Source of the DNA: Perkinsela sp. CCAP 1560/9
Lineage: Eukaryota > Protista > Euglenozoa: Kinetoplastea
DNA: 64,000 nt
Assembly (NCBI GenBank): GCA_965644495.1
Contig: CBFFSA010000015.1
Location: 124,001-188,000 of the forward strand
Direction: 5' to 3'
The position numbers and the translations under genes are program-made. The notes beneath the pieces were generated by a model. It did no database searches, was not told where the DNA came from, and saw only the letters and a list, made by a program, of their open reading frames with translations. Positions 10,137 through 22,345 of this stretch are shown piece after piece; positions within the stretch are counted from its first letter, which is position 1; each line of letters opens with the position of its first letter.

Positions 10137-13100
10137 TCACTGTAAATTCTTAAGCTTTAGACCTGGTAAGCGCTTGTTTGGCTTGTGTTCTGTTTGTTCC
10201 ATCGCGCACACGATTCCAAAACTGGGATGAAGAAGTACGTAGGGGTTGTAGTGTAACGCGTGGTGTTCTAGCTCATACTGGGCGTTCAAACACACCACAC
10301 CGTGTACCACCACGGGACGCTGACTCTTTACGTAGTTGCAAACCTCATCCCAAGTAGACTCCGGGCATTTGTAGTACCGCACCACGAATGTTTCCTTTGG
10401 TACAAAGTCGATGAAACACACCGATAAGCTCTTGGGCGCTTGCGGTTTCGTGGGGTCGCCCTTTGTTTTTTCTACTGGAGAACCTTCCCCGGGAACGGTT
10501 ATGGAAAACTGCACCACCTGCTGGGTGCCGACATATCCACGTTCGACTTCACTGACATGTCCCGCGAGTACAATACGGTTCACGCAGAGAGGAGAGGCGG
10601 CGACGGGGTTCACGAGCATCCGCATCCGGGCCTCCTCCTCTCCGAGATACTCCGAGTTGGAAGACGCGGCACGGAGCGCACGGTCCTGCCCGGCAGCAAA
10701 AACCCCCGCGACGTGTTCCGGACTCCGTGCGTTCTCTGTGAGCGAAGAGGGCAGAGAGGAGAGAGCGGGTAGTCCCTGTGTCGCGGAGGGGGTGGTACCG
10801 CCAGCTAGCATAGGCGAGGCGCCAGAAAAACCGTAAACATCCACTGCCCCTCCCTCCGGGAATAGCGGCATCGAGGTGGTGAAGTCCTGACCCGATAAAC
10901 CACCACCCTGTAGCTCGGAGGGCATCCCACCGAACGCACGTAGCACATCCGGGTGAACCGCTTTTAAGTGTTTCACCAGCGCGGTCTCGAGGCGGAATGT
11001 TTTTCCACACGCACAACACGTGGAGCGGGTCTCGGTGGTGGGCACGCCCGTGACTCCAGAAAAAGGAGAATCCGGCGGAATCGCTCTCTTTGCAATCTCC
11101 TCCGCCTCTCCTTCCAACGGGATCGGTTCTGCCGCACTCCCTCCCTTTTTCCACAAACTACTCACCGCGGAGCTCTTCGCATCCACCTCCGCGAACTGGG
11201 ACTTGCAATTCACCACCGTCCCGGAGGTATACGGGTTAAACGAGATCTGATTCCCCAACGTGTCACCTGACAAGATCCCCCCACTAATCCCCGTGGCGGC
11301 AAGATTCCGCAGTGACCCCGGGGCATACACCATCCCCGCAACCCCTTTCCCCGTCTCCGTACCCCCCACCGCCCCCTCACCCCCGGAGCCGAACTCACCC
11401 CCCACCCCCCCACCCGTCATTGACGTCCCCGACGGTGACGGGTTCACCATCGGGTTCATCATAAACGGGGCGGAGGGGGATGCTGTTGTTGTTGTTGTTG
11501 TTGCTGTTGTTGTTGTCGTAGCCACTCTCCCCATCCCCCTCCCCCTTCCCTCCCCTTGCAACACCCTCCCCATCCCCTCCACGCTGCCGAGGGTGGGGTT
11601 ACGCCCGAGGGCCTCTGTGGAGGCAGCGGCGTGGGGGGAGAGGACCCCGATGTTGGGGGGGGCAAAGGGACTGGGGCCCCCGCCGGGGACCCCCGGGGGG
11701 GAGAGGGGGGGGTAGTCGTCCAGGGAGGGCGTAGGGGTAGTAGTCGTAGGGGGAGTACTACTACTACTACTACTAGAGTAAGTGGAGGGAGCAGACGTAG
11801 TAGAGGGCAGGATAGCGGAGAGACCTGAGGGGGAGGCGGTGAAGGGGGAGGTCTCTAAGGCAGGGGTAGGGGTAGGGGTAGGGGTAGTGGTGGTGGGGTA
11901 GGGGGATGGAGGTGAGTTGAACGGAACGAAGGGGGAAGACAATGGAGCGGAAGGGAAGATTCCGAATGGAGAGGGGGAGGAGGGGGAGGGGGTGGTGTTG
12001 GTACCGGGGGTGTTGACTCCGGTAGAGGGTGATGGGGGGGAGGAGCGGGGGAAGGGGTCAGGAGGGATGGAGGAGGGCGTGGGGAAGGCAGAAGGGGGTG
12101 GGGTAAAGGGGGAGGAGGGGGGAGTGGGGGTGGTGAAGGGGTTCGTGGGGCTTGAGGAGGGTGGAAACGGGGAGGCGGGGGGAGAGGTTGTGGGGGAGGA
12201 GAAGGGAGAGGGAGACATGGGGGAGGTCCCCGGTATGGAGGGGGTACTTGGGACAGTGCCCGGTGGTAGGTTGCCTCCATGCATGGCTCTCCCTGTTTGT
12301 GGGAAATGCCCTGTCGTATTCTGTCCGGTGGTACTACCTGCGGTAAAAGGGTTTTGTGCGGAGATAAACGGATTTTCCTGACCCGGGAGGGGAGCACCTC
12401 CGAAGGGAGAGGGTAGCCCTGTGGCATTAGGAAGCATCCCAGGGCTACCTGATGCGGCTTGGGAAATTCCTGCAGGGCTACCTCCGACGGGAGCAGCTCC
12501 CCCATGCTCCACTACCATATGGTTTTTTAGTGCCACAGCAAAACGAAACGTTCGTCCACAGTGAGGACACTGGTTATTGTCCGGGGTTCCCGAGGGGGGG
12601 AAAGACGTTGATCCAAAGGGAAAGGCAGTACCCGAGCTGCCGGGTACTGTGGAGGCCGGAACTGTCTGTGCGTGCTCAGTTGTAGCTGAGGAGGTTGCTC
12701 TGAAGTATGAAGGACCAGAGTCGCTTTTTTCTTGGGAGAGATGGGGGTAAAGCCTGCGATGGGGATGTCCGGATGGGGGATAGGCAACCTCTGGAGTGAG
12801 AGGAGTTTGATGCTTTTTGTGCGCTTCCTCCAGCAACTCTTTGGCATAGTCAGAAGTATTGGCGCGGAAAGAGGTAACGTATGCACTAGTAGACGAAAAG
12901 CTTATCCATCGACGAGGGTGAACAAAAAACGAAAACGTGGTGCGCTGCACCCTGTGTGTCTGAACTCGAAAACCAAATTTTGTGGGTGAAACACTATAGC
13001 AAGGAAGATAAAGGGTGCAGGACAAGCTACAAAAGTTCCTCGCGTTCGAAGGTGAACACCCTTGTATGAGACAAAGCCTACTAGAAGTGGCATGACTCAT
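10137..13100 (-). CDS. KREPA2: RNA editing core complex KREPA-family protein (two C2H2 zinc fingers plus C-terminal OB fold), most like KREPA2/MP63
   Basis: CPHCGRTFRFAVALKNHMVVEH and CACGKTFRLETALVKHLKAVH; C-terminal VNRIVLAGHV..V.RGYVG...V.QF...V.G...LN......H..PYV...P..G OB-fold pattern. KREPA3 is not excluded. First ATG at 13100. Confidence 0.65.
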   Translation of the reverse strand: MSHATSSRLCLIQGCSPSNARNFCSLSCTLYLPCYSVSPTKFGFRVQTHRVQRTTFSFFVHPRRWISFSSTSAYVTSFRANTSDYAKELLEEAHKKHQTPLTPEVAYPPSGHPHRRLYPHLSQEKSDSGPSYFRATSSATTEHAQTVPASTVPGSSGTAFPFGSTSFPPSGTPDNNQCPHCGRTFRFAVALKNHMVVEHGGAAPVGGSPAGISQAASGSPGMLPNATGLPSPFGGAPLPGQENPFISAQNPFTAGSTTGQNTTGHFPQTGRAMHGGNLPPGTVPSTPSIPGTSPMSPSPFSSPTTSPPASPFPPSSSPTNPFTTPTPPSSPFTPPPSAFPTPSSIPPDPFPRSSPPSPSTGVNTPGTNTTPSPSSPSPFGIFPSAPLSSPFVPFNSPPSPYPTTTTPTPTPTPALETSPFTASPSGLSAILPSTTSAPSTYSSSSSSSTPPTTTTPTPSLDDYPPLSPPGVPGGGPSPFAPPNIGVLSPHAAASTEALGRNPTLGSVEGMGRVLQGEGRGRGMGRVATTTTTATTTTTTASPSAPFMMNPMVNPSPSGTSMTGGGVGGEFGSGGEGAVGGTETGKGVAGMVYAPGSLRNLAATGISGGILSGDTLGNQISFNPYTSGTVVNCKSQFAEVDAKSSAVSSLWKKGGSAAEPIPLEGEAEEIAKRAIPPDSPFSGVTGVPTTETRSTCCACGKTFRLETALVKHLKAVHPDVLRAFGGMPSELQGGGLSGQDFTTSMPLFPEGGAVDVYGFSGASPMLAGGTTPSATQGLPALSSLPSSLTENARSPEHVAGVFAAGQDRALRAASSNSEYLGEEEARMRMLVNPVAASPLCVNRIVLAGHVSEVERGYVGTQQVVQFSITVPGEGSPVEKTKGDPTKPQAPKSLSVCFIDFVPKETFVVRYYKCPESTWDEVCNYVKSQRPVVVHGVVCLNAQYELEHHALHYNPYVLLHPSFGIVCAMEQTEHKPNKRLPGLKLKNLQ

Positions 13101-13442
13101 TGTGAGCGGCACGATTCAGTTCAAGCACAAAGACGATGCGATGAAATACGAACAAACTGTCAACCTCTGGGAACCATCTATTTTTGTGTTGTATGAATAA
13201 CAGACATAAAATTGTTTTAAGGAATCTTTTTTTCAGTGTTTGAGGAAATTTATAAAATAAATGACCCAAATTCATGACCAACCACCCTCACCCAGCCCAG
13301 CGACCCCCACCCGCTCAAACACCCCCTCCCCCCTCCAACCACCCTCCCGAACCAAATCTCTGTTACTGGGGGTCAGCCCAAAAATGGTCAAATCTCTGTT
13401 ACTGGGGGGGTCTATTACTGGGGGGGTATACGGTAATAATAA

Positions 13443-13543
13443 TTAGGCTCTTCGTTAAACGCGGTGGTTGTTTTCAACTTAGAAGTCACTCATGCTGCGC
13501 GCTTCGCGTTGAAAACTACCACCGCGTTTAACGAAGAGCCTAA
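13443..13543. mobile_element. ~100-bp palindromic MITE family (also ~14281, ~18793, ~52423, ~60827; partial at ~1914, ~2650, ~40263, ~58873)
   Basis: TTAGGCTCTTCGTTAAACGCGGTGGTTGTTTTCAAC...GTTGAAAACTACCACCGCGTTTAACGAAGAGCCTAA, near-identical dispersed copies. Confidence 0.85.
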
Positions 13544-15165
13544 AAAAGAAAAATTGGCCGGGGACTCTGAAGAAAACGGAAGGATTTGAGCCAAAAATAA
13601 ACAATTTTTAGGTAAAAATGGAGTGATTTTTGTGTATTTTTGCCCTTAGAGCACTAAATTCGACTTTTGCGTGTGGGAAAACACTCGTAGGCATGTATTC
13701 GAGGCTACAGAACGTATTGGGTAGAGAATGCGACTCCAACAACACCATTCTTCCGACCCAAAAAGACCCCTTTGGGTCCGAAAATTACTTTTTCGCTTTT
13801 TTTCGTCAAAAATGGGTCATTTTGGGAGGCGTACCACGGTTTCATGAAGCGACATCTCGCGAAAACAATGGCGCAGAATGCTAGAATAGGTCACAAACTA
13901 TCAAAATACAATAGAGGAAACAATTTTGGAAAAATATTTTTTTTACCATTTTTTTCGTCAAGTTGAAATTTTTTTCAAAAAAAAAATCCGAAAAAATCCG
14001 AACTTGACGGACCCGTCCTGCACATACGAGGGGGGGTCACCCCCGAGTAGGGGGGTGGAAAATGTGCGCCAAGATCCCGGCTACCACTTCTGCGCTTTTA
14101 TTTTGAAAAATAATTTTTTCAAAAAAGTTTCGTGCAGTATGCCCCCCACTGGACCCTCAAGGGTCCGAATTTTTTTGAAAATTTTTGGACCACCGAAGCC
14201 CCTTTTATATATTTTTCTTCTATTATATTACTGTGTTCCTCTTTATATTTTCACTGTTTTTGTTCACATTTTTTTCAATTTTAGGCTCTTCGTTAAACGC
14301 GGTGGTTGCTTTCAACTTAGAAGTCACTCATGCTGCGCGCTTCGCGTTGAAAACTACCGCCGCGTTTAACGAAGAGCCTAAAAAAGAAAATTTAGCCTGG
14401 AAAACGGAACGATTATAGCCAAAAATAGCCGAATTTCGGGTAAAAATGGGGTGATTTTCGCGTATTTTTGCTCTCAGAGCACTAAATCCGACATTTGCGC
14501 GTGGGAAATCACTCGTAGGCATGAATAGAAGCCTACCGAACGTATTGTGTAGAGAATGCGACTCCAACCATACCATTCTTTCGACACAAAAATGCCCCTT
14601 TAGGTCCGAAAAATACGTTTTCACCTTTTTTCGTCAAAAATGGGTCATTTTGAGGGGCGCACCACGGTTTGAAGAAGTGATACCTTGCGAAAACAACTGC
14701 GGAGAAAGCTAGTGTAGGTCCCAAACTATCAAAATACAATAGGGGAAACGATTTTGGAAAAATATTTTTTTTGCCATTTTTTTCGCCAAGTTGAAATCTT
14801 TTTAAAATTTTTTTTTCCGAAAAAATCCGAACTTGGAGGACCCGTCCTGCGGAAACGCGGGGGGGTCACCCCCGAGTAGGGGGGTGGAAAATGCGCGCCA
14901 AGACCCCGGCTACCCTTTCTGCGGTTTTTTTTCGAAAACTAATTTTTTCGAAAAAATTTGCTCGACCATGACCCCCCCCCTGGACCCCCCCCATGGACCC
15001 CCCATTTTTTTCAACTTTTTTTTCAGTTTTGGACCACCGGAGCCCCCTTTTATATTTTTTTCTTCTATTATAGTACTGTGTTCCTCTTTATATTTTCACT
15101 GATTTTGTTCACTTTTTTTTCAATAATCGAGTGTAGAGCGGTAGTTTTACAACCACCGCAATTTT
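13443..15165. repeat. Two diverged tandem copies (~840 bp) of a composite interspersed repeat
   Basis: 13443-14280 and 14281-~15120 share colinear blocks (gagcactaaat, cactcgtaggcatg, gtagagaatgcgactccaac, caaactatcaaaatacaatag, ggggggtcacccccgagtagggggg). Part recurs inverted at ~16590-16865. Confidence 0.8.
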
Positions 15166-16997
15166 ATTATAATATAATAGAAGAAAAATATATACCGTGA
15201 CCCCCCTTAGTTATCTGTCATTTTTGGTTCAAAATCGGGTTTTTTTTTGATAAGTAGTATAGGTTTTTCGATTCGAGACGATTGGGTCGAAAAACAGTCC
15301 CATATCAAATATTTCGAAAATCGAACAAAATACAAGACCTGTAGGGGGGGGGGTAAATGAAGCTGGACAGGGGTGTATGGACGGTACGAACGCAAAATTA
15401 TGCGCCGATCACTTGTGCTCGAGCAAACGATCTTATAAAGAATAATATGCCCATGTTTCACAGAGGCGGCATGGGAAACTTATATGACACACGAAAATTA
15501 CAAGTGGCCTGGAGGAGCTTGTACGGACATTGAATGATGGGAGAAAGTAGGGCGCTACGATTTTCCGGAAGTCTACCCTCTGGCGCAACATTATCTGTTT
15601 GTCCCGCCGGTTGTCACATATTGTGATTCTCTGCTTTCAATGATGACACACATGTATAATTCTAGGCAAGCGTCCATGACTCCCGGAAACGTTTCAATGC
15701 AAATGCTTCTTCACGCCAACAGCAAGTCTGTCGCGGAACTCATGGATATGACATCCGTTCTTTAGCAATTTTTAGTATTAAGCAGCCAGGTATCAGCAAC
15801 CCTGTATAGTATTTTTAGAGCACACATCCACAGCTCTGTTTATAAAATAATAGTATTAAAATCTCTGTTTGTTTCTATCCTCTCATCGTATCTAAGGGTT
15901 TCTGTCGTTTGCCGTGGTGTCGCGAACATGCAATGTTTATCAGTTTTAGTAGTAAGTGACCAGGGATTAGCAACCCTGTAAAACATTTTTAGAGCACACA
16001 TCCACAGCTCTGTTTTCTTAATTATCCTCCCATCTTATCTAAGGGTTTCTGTGGTTTACCCTAGTGTCGCGAGCATGTAATATACAGGATCGAGGGCTAG
16101 TGATTAAATGTGTATACAATATGTGTATAAACTTATGCATTACATGTACATGTAAATATAATCTAAAATATATTTAAGTTAGTATGTATTATATTTTATT
16201 ACATTCCGTTACCATGATATTCTAGTAGCAGTAGTAAGAGATCCTTGTTCTCACCCCTTCTCTTCACCCCTTGTCACCGTGCCGTACCATCAACCCTTGA
16301 TATCACTCCTGTCAGCACCATCCTTAGTACTGGTTCATGAAGTGGTTCATTGGTTCATGAACCACCAAGGTATGACTCTTCCAACTCTTGTTGGATAGTG
16401 CTATTCTTTACGACGAGGATGTCCTATCATACGAGGGTTGAAAACTATGAAAGACAAAACATGACAAAACCCGCATATTACTCATTGAAGTGGCGAAGAA
16501 AAGTACTGTCAAAAATAGTGAAGAGCATACTTGGTCTCCATTGTGCGCTGCGGAATATTTTTGCGCTGAAAAAATGAAAATTTTGCAAAACAAAAAATTC
16601 AAAAAAAAATCCCCAGAAGGGATAGCCGAGGTCTTAGCGCGCATTTTCCACCACCCTACCTTGGGTTGACCCCCTCTGGTATCCGCAGGGCGAGTAGGCC
16701 AAGTTCGATTTTTTGCGGAAAACGTTCTTAAAAAAACGTTTTTTGGAAATACAGGTAGTTTCGCCTATTGTACTTTAAGAGTTTGGGACCTATACTAGCT
16801 TTCTACACCTTTGTTTTCACAAGATACCCCTTCTTAGAACCGTGGAATGCTTCCTAAAATGACGCCCTAAAACATAGGTGTTCTAGAAAAACCAGGCAAA
16901 ACTTGGCAAAACCCGGCAAAACTTGACAGTTTTCAACCCTCTAAGTGTCCCATTTACAATTTGTTTTGTATGGCAAATAATTATCCTGAAATAAAAG

Positions 16998-18259
16998 CTA
17001 TACTTCACATATGCTTGTGCGATCGATCACCACCGTATGCAGAGTTTTAGGGAGAAGCGTCTTGTCAAGTACTCCGTGCAACTGAATGTTATTTTCCAAA
17101 CATAGTCTTTGCATGTGTGTAGGTAAGTTGTCAAAACGTACTTCGCCTTCGAAAGTATTGTCACTACAGTAAAGCATTTCTAACGACTGAGGTAGTCTCT
17201 GTAGATTAAGAGATCCAGTAAACATGTTCTGCCCCAGATGTTATGATCATACGCTCGTGGCGCAGAGATACGTCTCTCTGTGTGACGGCCGATACCATCG
17301 GCGCATGACCCGCATACGACGGGTGTCACACAGAGAGTGGAGTGCGAGGTAGGAGACGAGACGCCCATCGGTCATGCTACAGCACGTATAGCCATGGTTC
17401 ATGCTGCAACACGGTCAAGCCGTGGGTTCATGCTGTCAGATGGTCTATCGTGGATCATGATGCATCATGGGGAGGTCCGTTACCGCCGCACTCGCTACAG
17501 CATGTAGGGAGAGAGGGGTGCAAGTTCGCATCCCCTATACACGCATACAACGTGTCCTCCCGCTGTAGCACGCCCAGTGGTCCTCAAGGGAGGCCACCAT
17601 GGCGCATAGCTCCCGGGAGAAGAAAGCACGAGAAGGAGAGAGCCGGGGAGGGAAGATAGATATATGAGATTTCTCATACACGACGGTAAACAGGTCAAAT
17701 TTATGTTTCCTGAAAATTTGTTGTCATTAAGACTCAGATGTTGTAGACTCGCAGGAAGATGTGCTAGATCTACATTCCCTTCAAAACAATTCGCAGAACA
17801 ATAGAGTATCCTTAGCATGTGGGGCAAATGCTGCAGATCCAAATTACCCATAAATTCGTTCCTCCCGATTTCTATTTCACGCAAAGGTGTGGGCAAAATA
17901 CCTGTGGAGAATGGCCCTGTAAGTTTATTAACGTAAAAATTGCACGCGTATACGGTTTGTGGTAATGAATCCCACTGCGGTGTCCCTGTAAGTGCCATCA
18001 TATACCAATTGAGTCCCGTCACGTGTAAGTGATCGGCGCACGTTACTCCTGCCCACCTACAAGCTGGTGTGGATGTATTCCATGTGTGATGCGGATTTTT
18101 AATGTCCACAATGAATTGGACAAGCTCATATTCCTGAGGCAATTTCGCTCCTCGTACTTTTCCCGCCCGACTACGATACTGTGCGGCATCTGTATCATCA
18201 GCTGCGGTGTATGAACATAACAAGGTCGTGGATTTCAACGTGAAAATGCGTGAACTCAT
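16998..18259 (-). pseudogene. LRR-family gene disrupted by SL-element copy C
   Basis: LPQEYEL...WN..TPAC.W.GV.C cap and 22-aa LPxxLxxLxLxxNxFxG repeats. The frame resumes (HLGQNMFTGSLNL) after the 17240-17656 insertion. Confidence 0.8.
17240..17656 (-). mobile_element. SL-element family copy C (5'-truncated, lacks the SL head)
   Basis: Differs from 26835-27251 at only about four positions that I could see; same 3' end (GTATGATCATAAC). Confidence 0.85.
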
Positions 18260-19406
18260 CTGGTTCTCAAAGGAACATACAAAAGAAAACATTAAACGAT
18301 GAGGGAAGTAAATGTTTTCAAAATAAGTATTGAAGACTTGTAACAAATAAGCGTCACGAAATCAGATATCACTAAACGAAATTATGGTGTAGCGGTGTGA
18401 AAGATTTTTTTTTATGTAAAGTCCTGTTTTGGGCCCGAAAATGCAAAAAAAGGGTCTTTATTTTTTTATATCGGGCTTTACTTAATTACGGAATTTCTTA
18501 ATTACGGTTAACGCTTAAAATTTCGTCGATTTTAACCTTAAATAGGTTAACCGTAATTAGGGAGTAACCGTAATTAAGAAATTCCGTAAATAGGGAAAAT
18601 GGGCTATGCATTGACCGCACCGAATTTCAACATCAATGAAACGATAACAATCAATCATCAATATCGTGCATCTTATACCCACTAGATTCGTTGTAGCTTT
18701 CTAGTGGTATCCTCATCATCGTTGCGTTCCCCGTAGCCAAATCCAAGCTATAATGTTTCCAAGCCCCTCGTAATGCAATTACATATTCTTTTTTAGGCTC
18801 TTCGTTAAACGCGGTGGTTGTTTTCAACTTAGAAGTCACTCATGCTGCGCGCTTCGCGTTGAAAACTACCACCGCGTTTAAAGAAGAGCCTAAAAAAGAA
18901 AAATCGCCAAAAAATCATGAATAATCTAGTTTTTTGGGTGAAAAACCTCCAATCCAAAAAAATCCAAGTCATTCCGGATCGCTCCGGATGGTCACTGGCA
19001 AGCCAGACCCTTCACAGACAGATTTGGAAGTTCCGAGGCCGACGTCCTCTACCAGTTTCCGCTTGTCCAAGGCGGCACCAACGTGCTGTTGCCAACACGT
19101 TGCGTCGACGAACTGTACGTCAACACGGCTTACCCAAGAGGTGTAAGCCGGGTAAGGGAGCTGGTTCCCTGAGGGGAGGGTCCGGGACGGTCCTCCGAGT
19201 ACCGGGCCTAGTCGGTTCTCAGCCCAGCCTCTTAGAGTGAGGCCGCCGGGAATATTGCGATGAGCGGGTTTGAACTCGCCGTCTGAGCACCATGTGCTTC
19301 AAACTTTGAATTCTTGCCACTCCGACACCTCCGCCTAGCAAGAAGCACAAGCGCAGCTCAGATTTACGAGCAATGGCAACATTGTGTTGCTGAAGAATGT
19401 AAATTA

Positions 19407-21089
19407 CAGGGGGGGTCACGAAATATACACCTGCAACGAGTGTGCAAAAGCGAATAGGAATTTCGCTTTCAAAATCGGAAATTTTGACCTTGTCGGACCC
19501 CTCCTGCGCGTACCAGGGGGGGGGGTGGAAAATTATCGCCTCGGCCTACTCTACCACTTCCCCGCGCTCGATTTTGAAAAGCAAAAAATTCGATTTTTTT
19601 TTTGCGACGTATGCCCTCCCCCCTGGCCCTCCCCTAGACCCCCCATTTTTTTGATTTTTTTTTTTCAGTTTTGGACCACCGGGGACCCCTTTTATATTTT
19701 ATTCTTTTATTATATTACTGTGTTCCTCTTTATATTTTCACTGTTTTTGTTCACTTTTTTTCAATAATCGAGGGTAGAGCGGTACTCCCCCTCTCATTAA
19801 TAATTATAATTATAATTTATGAACTTTTTTAGTTTATAATTATAATTATAGTTCATAAATATTAATGAGATCCGATAAGTGATATTTTCATATTATGGAC
19901 TTCAAATTCTTGATTTCCGAGACACTTCATTCGACTTAGAAGCAATTTTTAGTGCAAAGTATGTGGTACATGTGTCTTTCTAGATAAAAAATGAAGAATT
20001 TGAGGTTTATAATTAGAAAAGTGAGACTCAGAATTATAATCTCATTAAATTTCTATAATCGAACCCTTCAATGATTTTTGGAGGTTTATAATTATTAATG
20101 AGAGTGGGAGTAGTTATACAACCACCAGCAAAGGTTTCAGATGCTCCCGTCGCGCTCTGATACGTTCCCTCAAGAAGGAGGGTATCATATCCCGCACAGT
20201 CCCCCGAAACCCTGCACTCACAAAGGAGCACAAAAGGAAACGAGTAGAGCTATGTCAGGAGTTGGCAACATGGACCCCTGCTCAGCTTGAGGCTATCGTC
20301 TGGACAGACGAGAAAAAATTTACTTTCGGGGTCAGCCGCAAAATTACCTACCTTTGCCGTCGTTCAGACCCCCCAAAGGAGCACGCCGGTGAGCGGGAAA
20401 AGTGGTTGGGGGGTGATGGTATTATGGTGTGGATGGGGGTCAGCATTAAGCACGGTTTCTTTTTTCATGAATTCCCTAATAACGATCAACAGGGTAATAA
20501 AATTTCAGTGAATGGGGACCTTTTCAAAAAACTATGCTACAACGTAACGGTTTCTTATCTTTTTTACGAAGACATCGGAGGGCAGTCGTTGCTATGGATA
20601 ATTGTACAATTCACAATAGCACTCGTCGTGCCTTTAATGATGAAGGAGTGAAGATGTTGTGTTGGCCACCCAAATCCCCAGATTTAAACCCAATAGAAAA
20701 CATTTGGGGAATAATGGACGAGCATAAAAACGCGCTTTGTCCAACGAATCGTGAAGATTTGAGACAAGCGATCGCTTCTGGGGTCGAAAAATTAAAGGGG
20801 GAGCAATACGATGTATTTTTGAGAACTTTAAAGAGTGTTCCAACGCGTGTGAAAATTGTGTTGGAGAAAAAAGGTGGAAATTGTGGATACTAACTTTTTT
20901 TTTACCAGAAAAAAAACTTGAAGTTGCCCTATTTACGGTATTCAGGAGAATGCATATACCTGGAAACTACGTAAAACGTAATATCACATGACATGTAACT
21001 CTGCGAGAGCTCTCGAATGCGCTATTATTTTCCAAAATTGGCCGAGTTATAAGAATTTTGACCCCCCCATATTTTCGTGCACCCCCCTG
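19407..21089 (+). mobile_element. Decayed Tc1/IS630-like transposon (frameshifted transposase ~20130-20893)
   Basis: TA-flanked TIRs CAGGGGGGGTCACGAAAT / ATTTTCGTGCACCCCCCTG. Motifs VWTDEKKF, MDNCTIH and WPPKSPDLNPIENIW lie in two frames. The 5' part is replaced by nested repeats. Confidence 0.85.
19785..20110. mobile_element. AT-rich MITE with CTCCC termini and TA duplication
   Basis: CTCCCCCTCTCATTAATAATTATAA / TTATAATTATTAATGAGAGTGGGAG. Removing it restores the gagcggTAgttatacaaccacc hairpin of the host repeat. Confidence 0.8.
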
Positions 21090-21319
21090 TATGTAGCAAC
21101 ATGGTGGCGCATTCCACATTGCACGAGGAATGCCAGTCGCTCTATTCCTCGCCCAGGCGGCTTTCTGCTCCCTGATATTCCAGTCACAGGGCGCATAAAA
21201 ATTTTGCTTGAAAAATAAAAATGTCAGTTTTAATCTAAAATAGATTAACCGTAACTAGGTAAAAACCGTAATTAAGGGCAACCGTAATTAAGTAACGCCC
21301 GGTAACCCGGGGAACGATA

Positions 21320-21967
21320 TAAACCCCCCACAGCGAAAAGTCACCCCCCTCTAACTTTGTGGTACCCAATTGTGCCCCCTGGCCGCGGAGTGTTTGTTTT
21401 GTTAAATTAGTGTGGTATGACGATGCAAAAAAATAGAACCTAAAAATAATTTTCTTTTTCAGTTTCTAAAATGATCTAAAAATGGTGGGAACGTGTAGAT
21501 CTCAGAATTTTGAACGAGAAAATGATATCTTAACCCCCTTAGGCCCCTTCAAGCAAAAAGTAAAGGGGACAGCTTAAAAAAGTTAATTTATCACTGTTTC
21601 AAGAAAGAACCAATCAAAGAAAAATATTCCACCACGTGACAAATTGCATGTTTGTTATCTGTTTTTGATCATTTTTGTTGCAATCGAGAGATCTCGTTCC
21701 CCTAGCGAAGATCTGTGACACCATTTTCATGTTGACCCCCTTCTCCCCCCCTGGTCGAGGAACATGAGATTTTTCAGTTAATATTGGCATGACTATGTAA
21801 AAACGTCCTTAAAAAAATGAGTTTTAATTTGTTATCTGTGAAGAGGTCTAAAAACAGCGGGAACGTGCAGATCTCAAAATTTTGAACGAAAAAGTGGTGC
21901 CGCAACCCCCCTAAGCCTCGTTGTACAAAAAAAAGAGGGGGGTGACTTATTCGCTGTGGGGGGTTTA
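21320..21967. mobile_element. Non-autonomous Tc1-type element (TAAACCCC termini)
   Basis: TAAACCCCCCACAGCGAAAAGTCACCCCCCTCT / AGAGGGGGGTGACTTATTCGCTGTGGGGGGTTTA; termini are related to those of 61692-63024. Confidence 0.8.
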
Positions 21968-22345
21968 TTATTTAAATCACCATTTAAATGAGGGGCTGCG
22001 GGTGCTGTGTCAGCACGGTTTCGCGCGGTTTCGGTACGGTTTCGCACGGTTTCGCCGCGGTTTCGCGCGGTTTCGGAGAGATCCGAACGCCTTCTCTACA
22101 TAAAGGTGGGATGTATCGGTGCGGCCTCAGTGCGGTCTCGTTTGGTGTGGTGCGGCCTCAGTGCGGTCTCGGCCAATCTTCCTTGCGTCATATTTCAACA
22201 ATTGCGTAGAAAAAATCTGAGTTAAGATTGTATTGGATCAAAGGATAATCAAAAGCAAATGTGTGTACATTTTTTATGTTCTAACCAAGATTCATACTTT
22301 TTTTTATGAAATATCGGTAGTGCGGTAATCTAGAAAACGTGAACA

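Larger units (their letters stand above)
18970..21195 (+). other. GC-rich, hairpin-dense non-coding segment (~540 nt after removing the Tc1 insertion at 19407-21089)
   Basis: Consecutive stems such as cggcttac/gtaagccg, tctgagc/gctcaga, tgtgctt/aagcaca, ttcttgc/gcaagaa, gcattcc/ggaatgc. The stem cattgtgttgctg/tagcaacatggtg spans the Tc1 insertion site. Confidence 0.4.
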
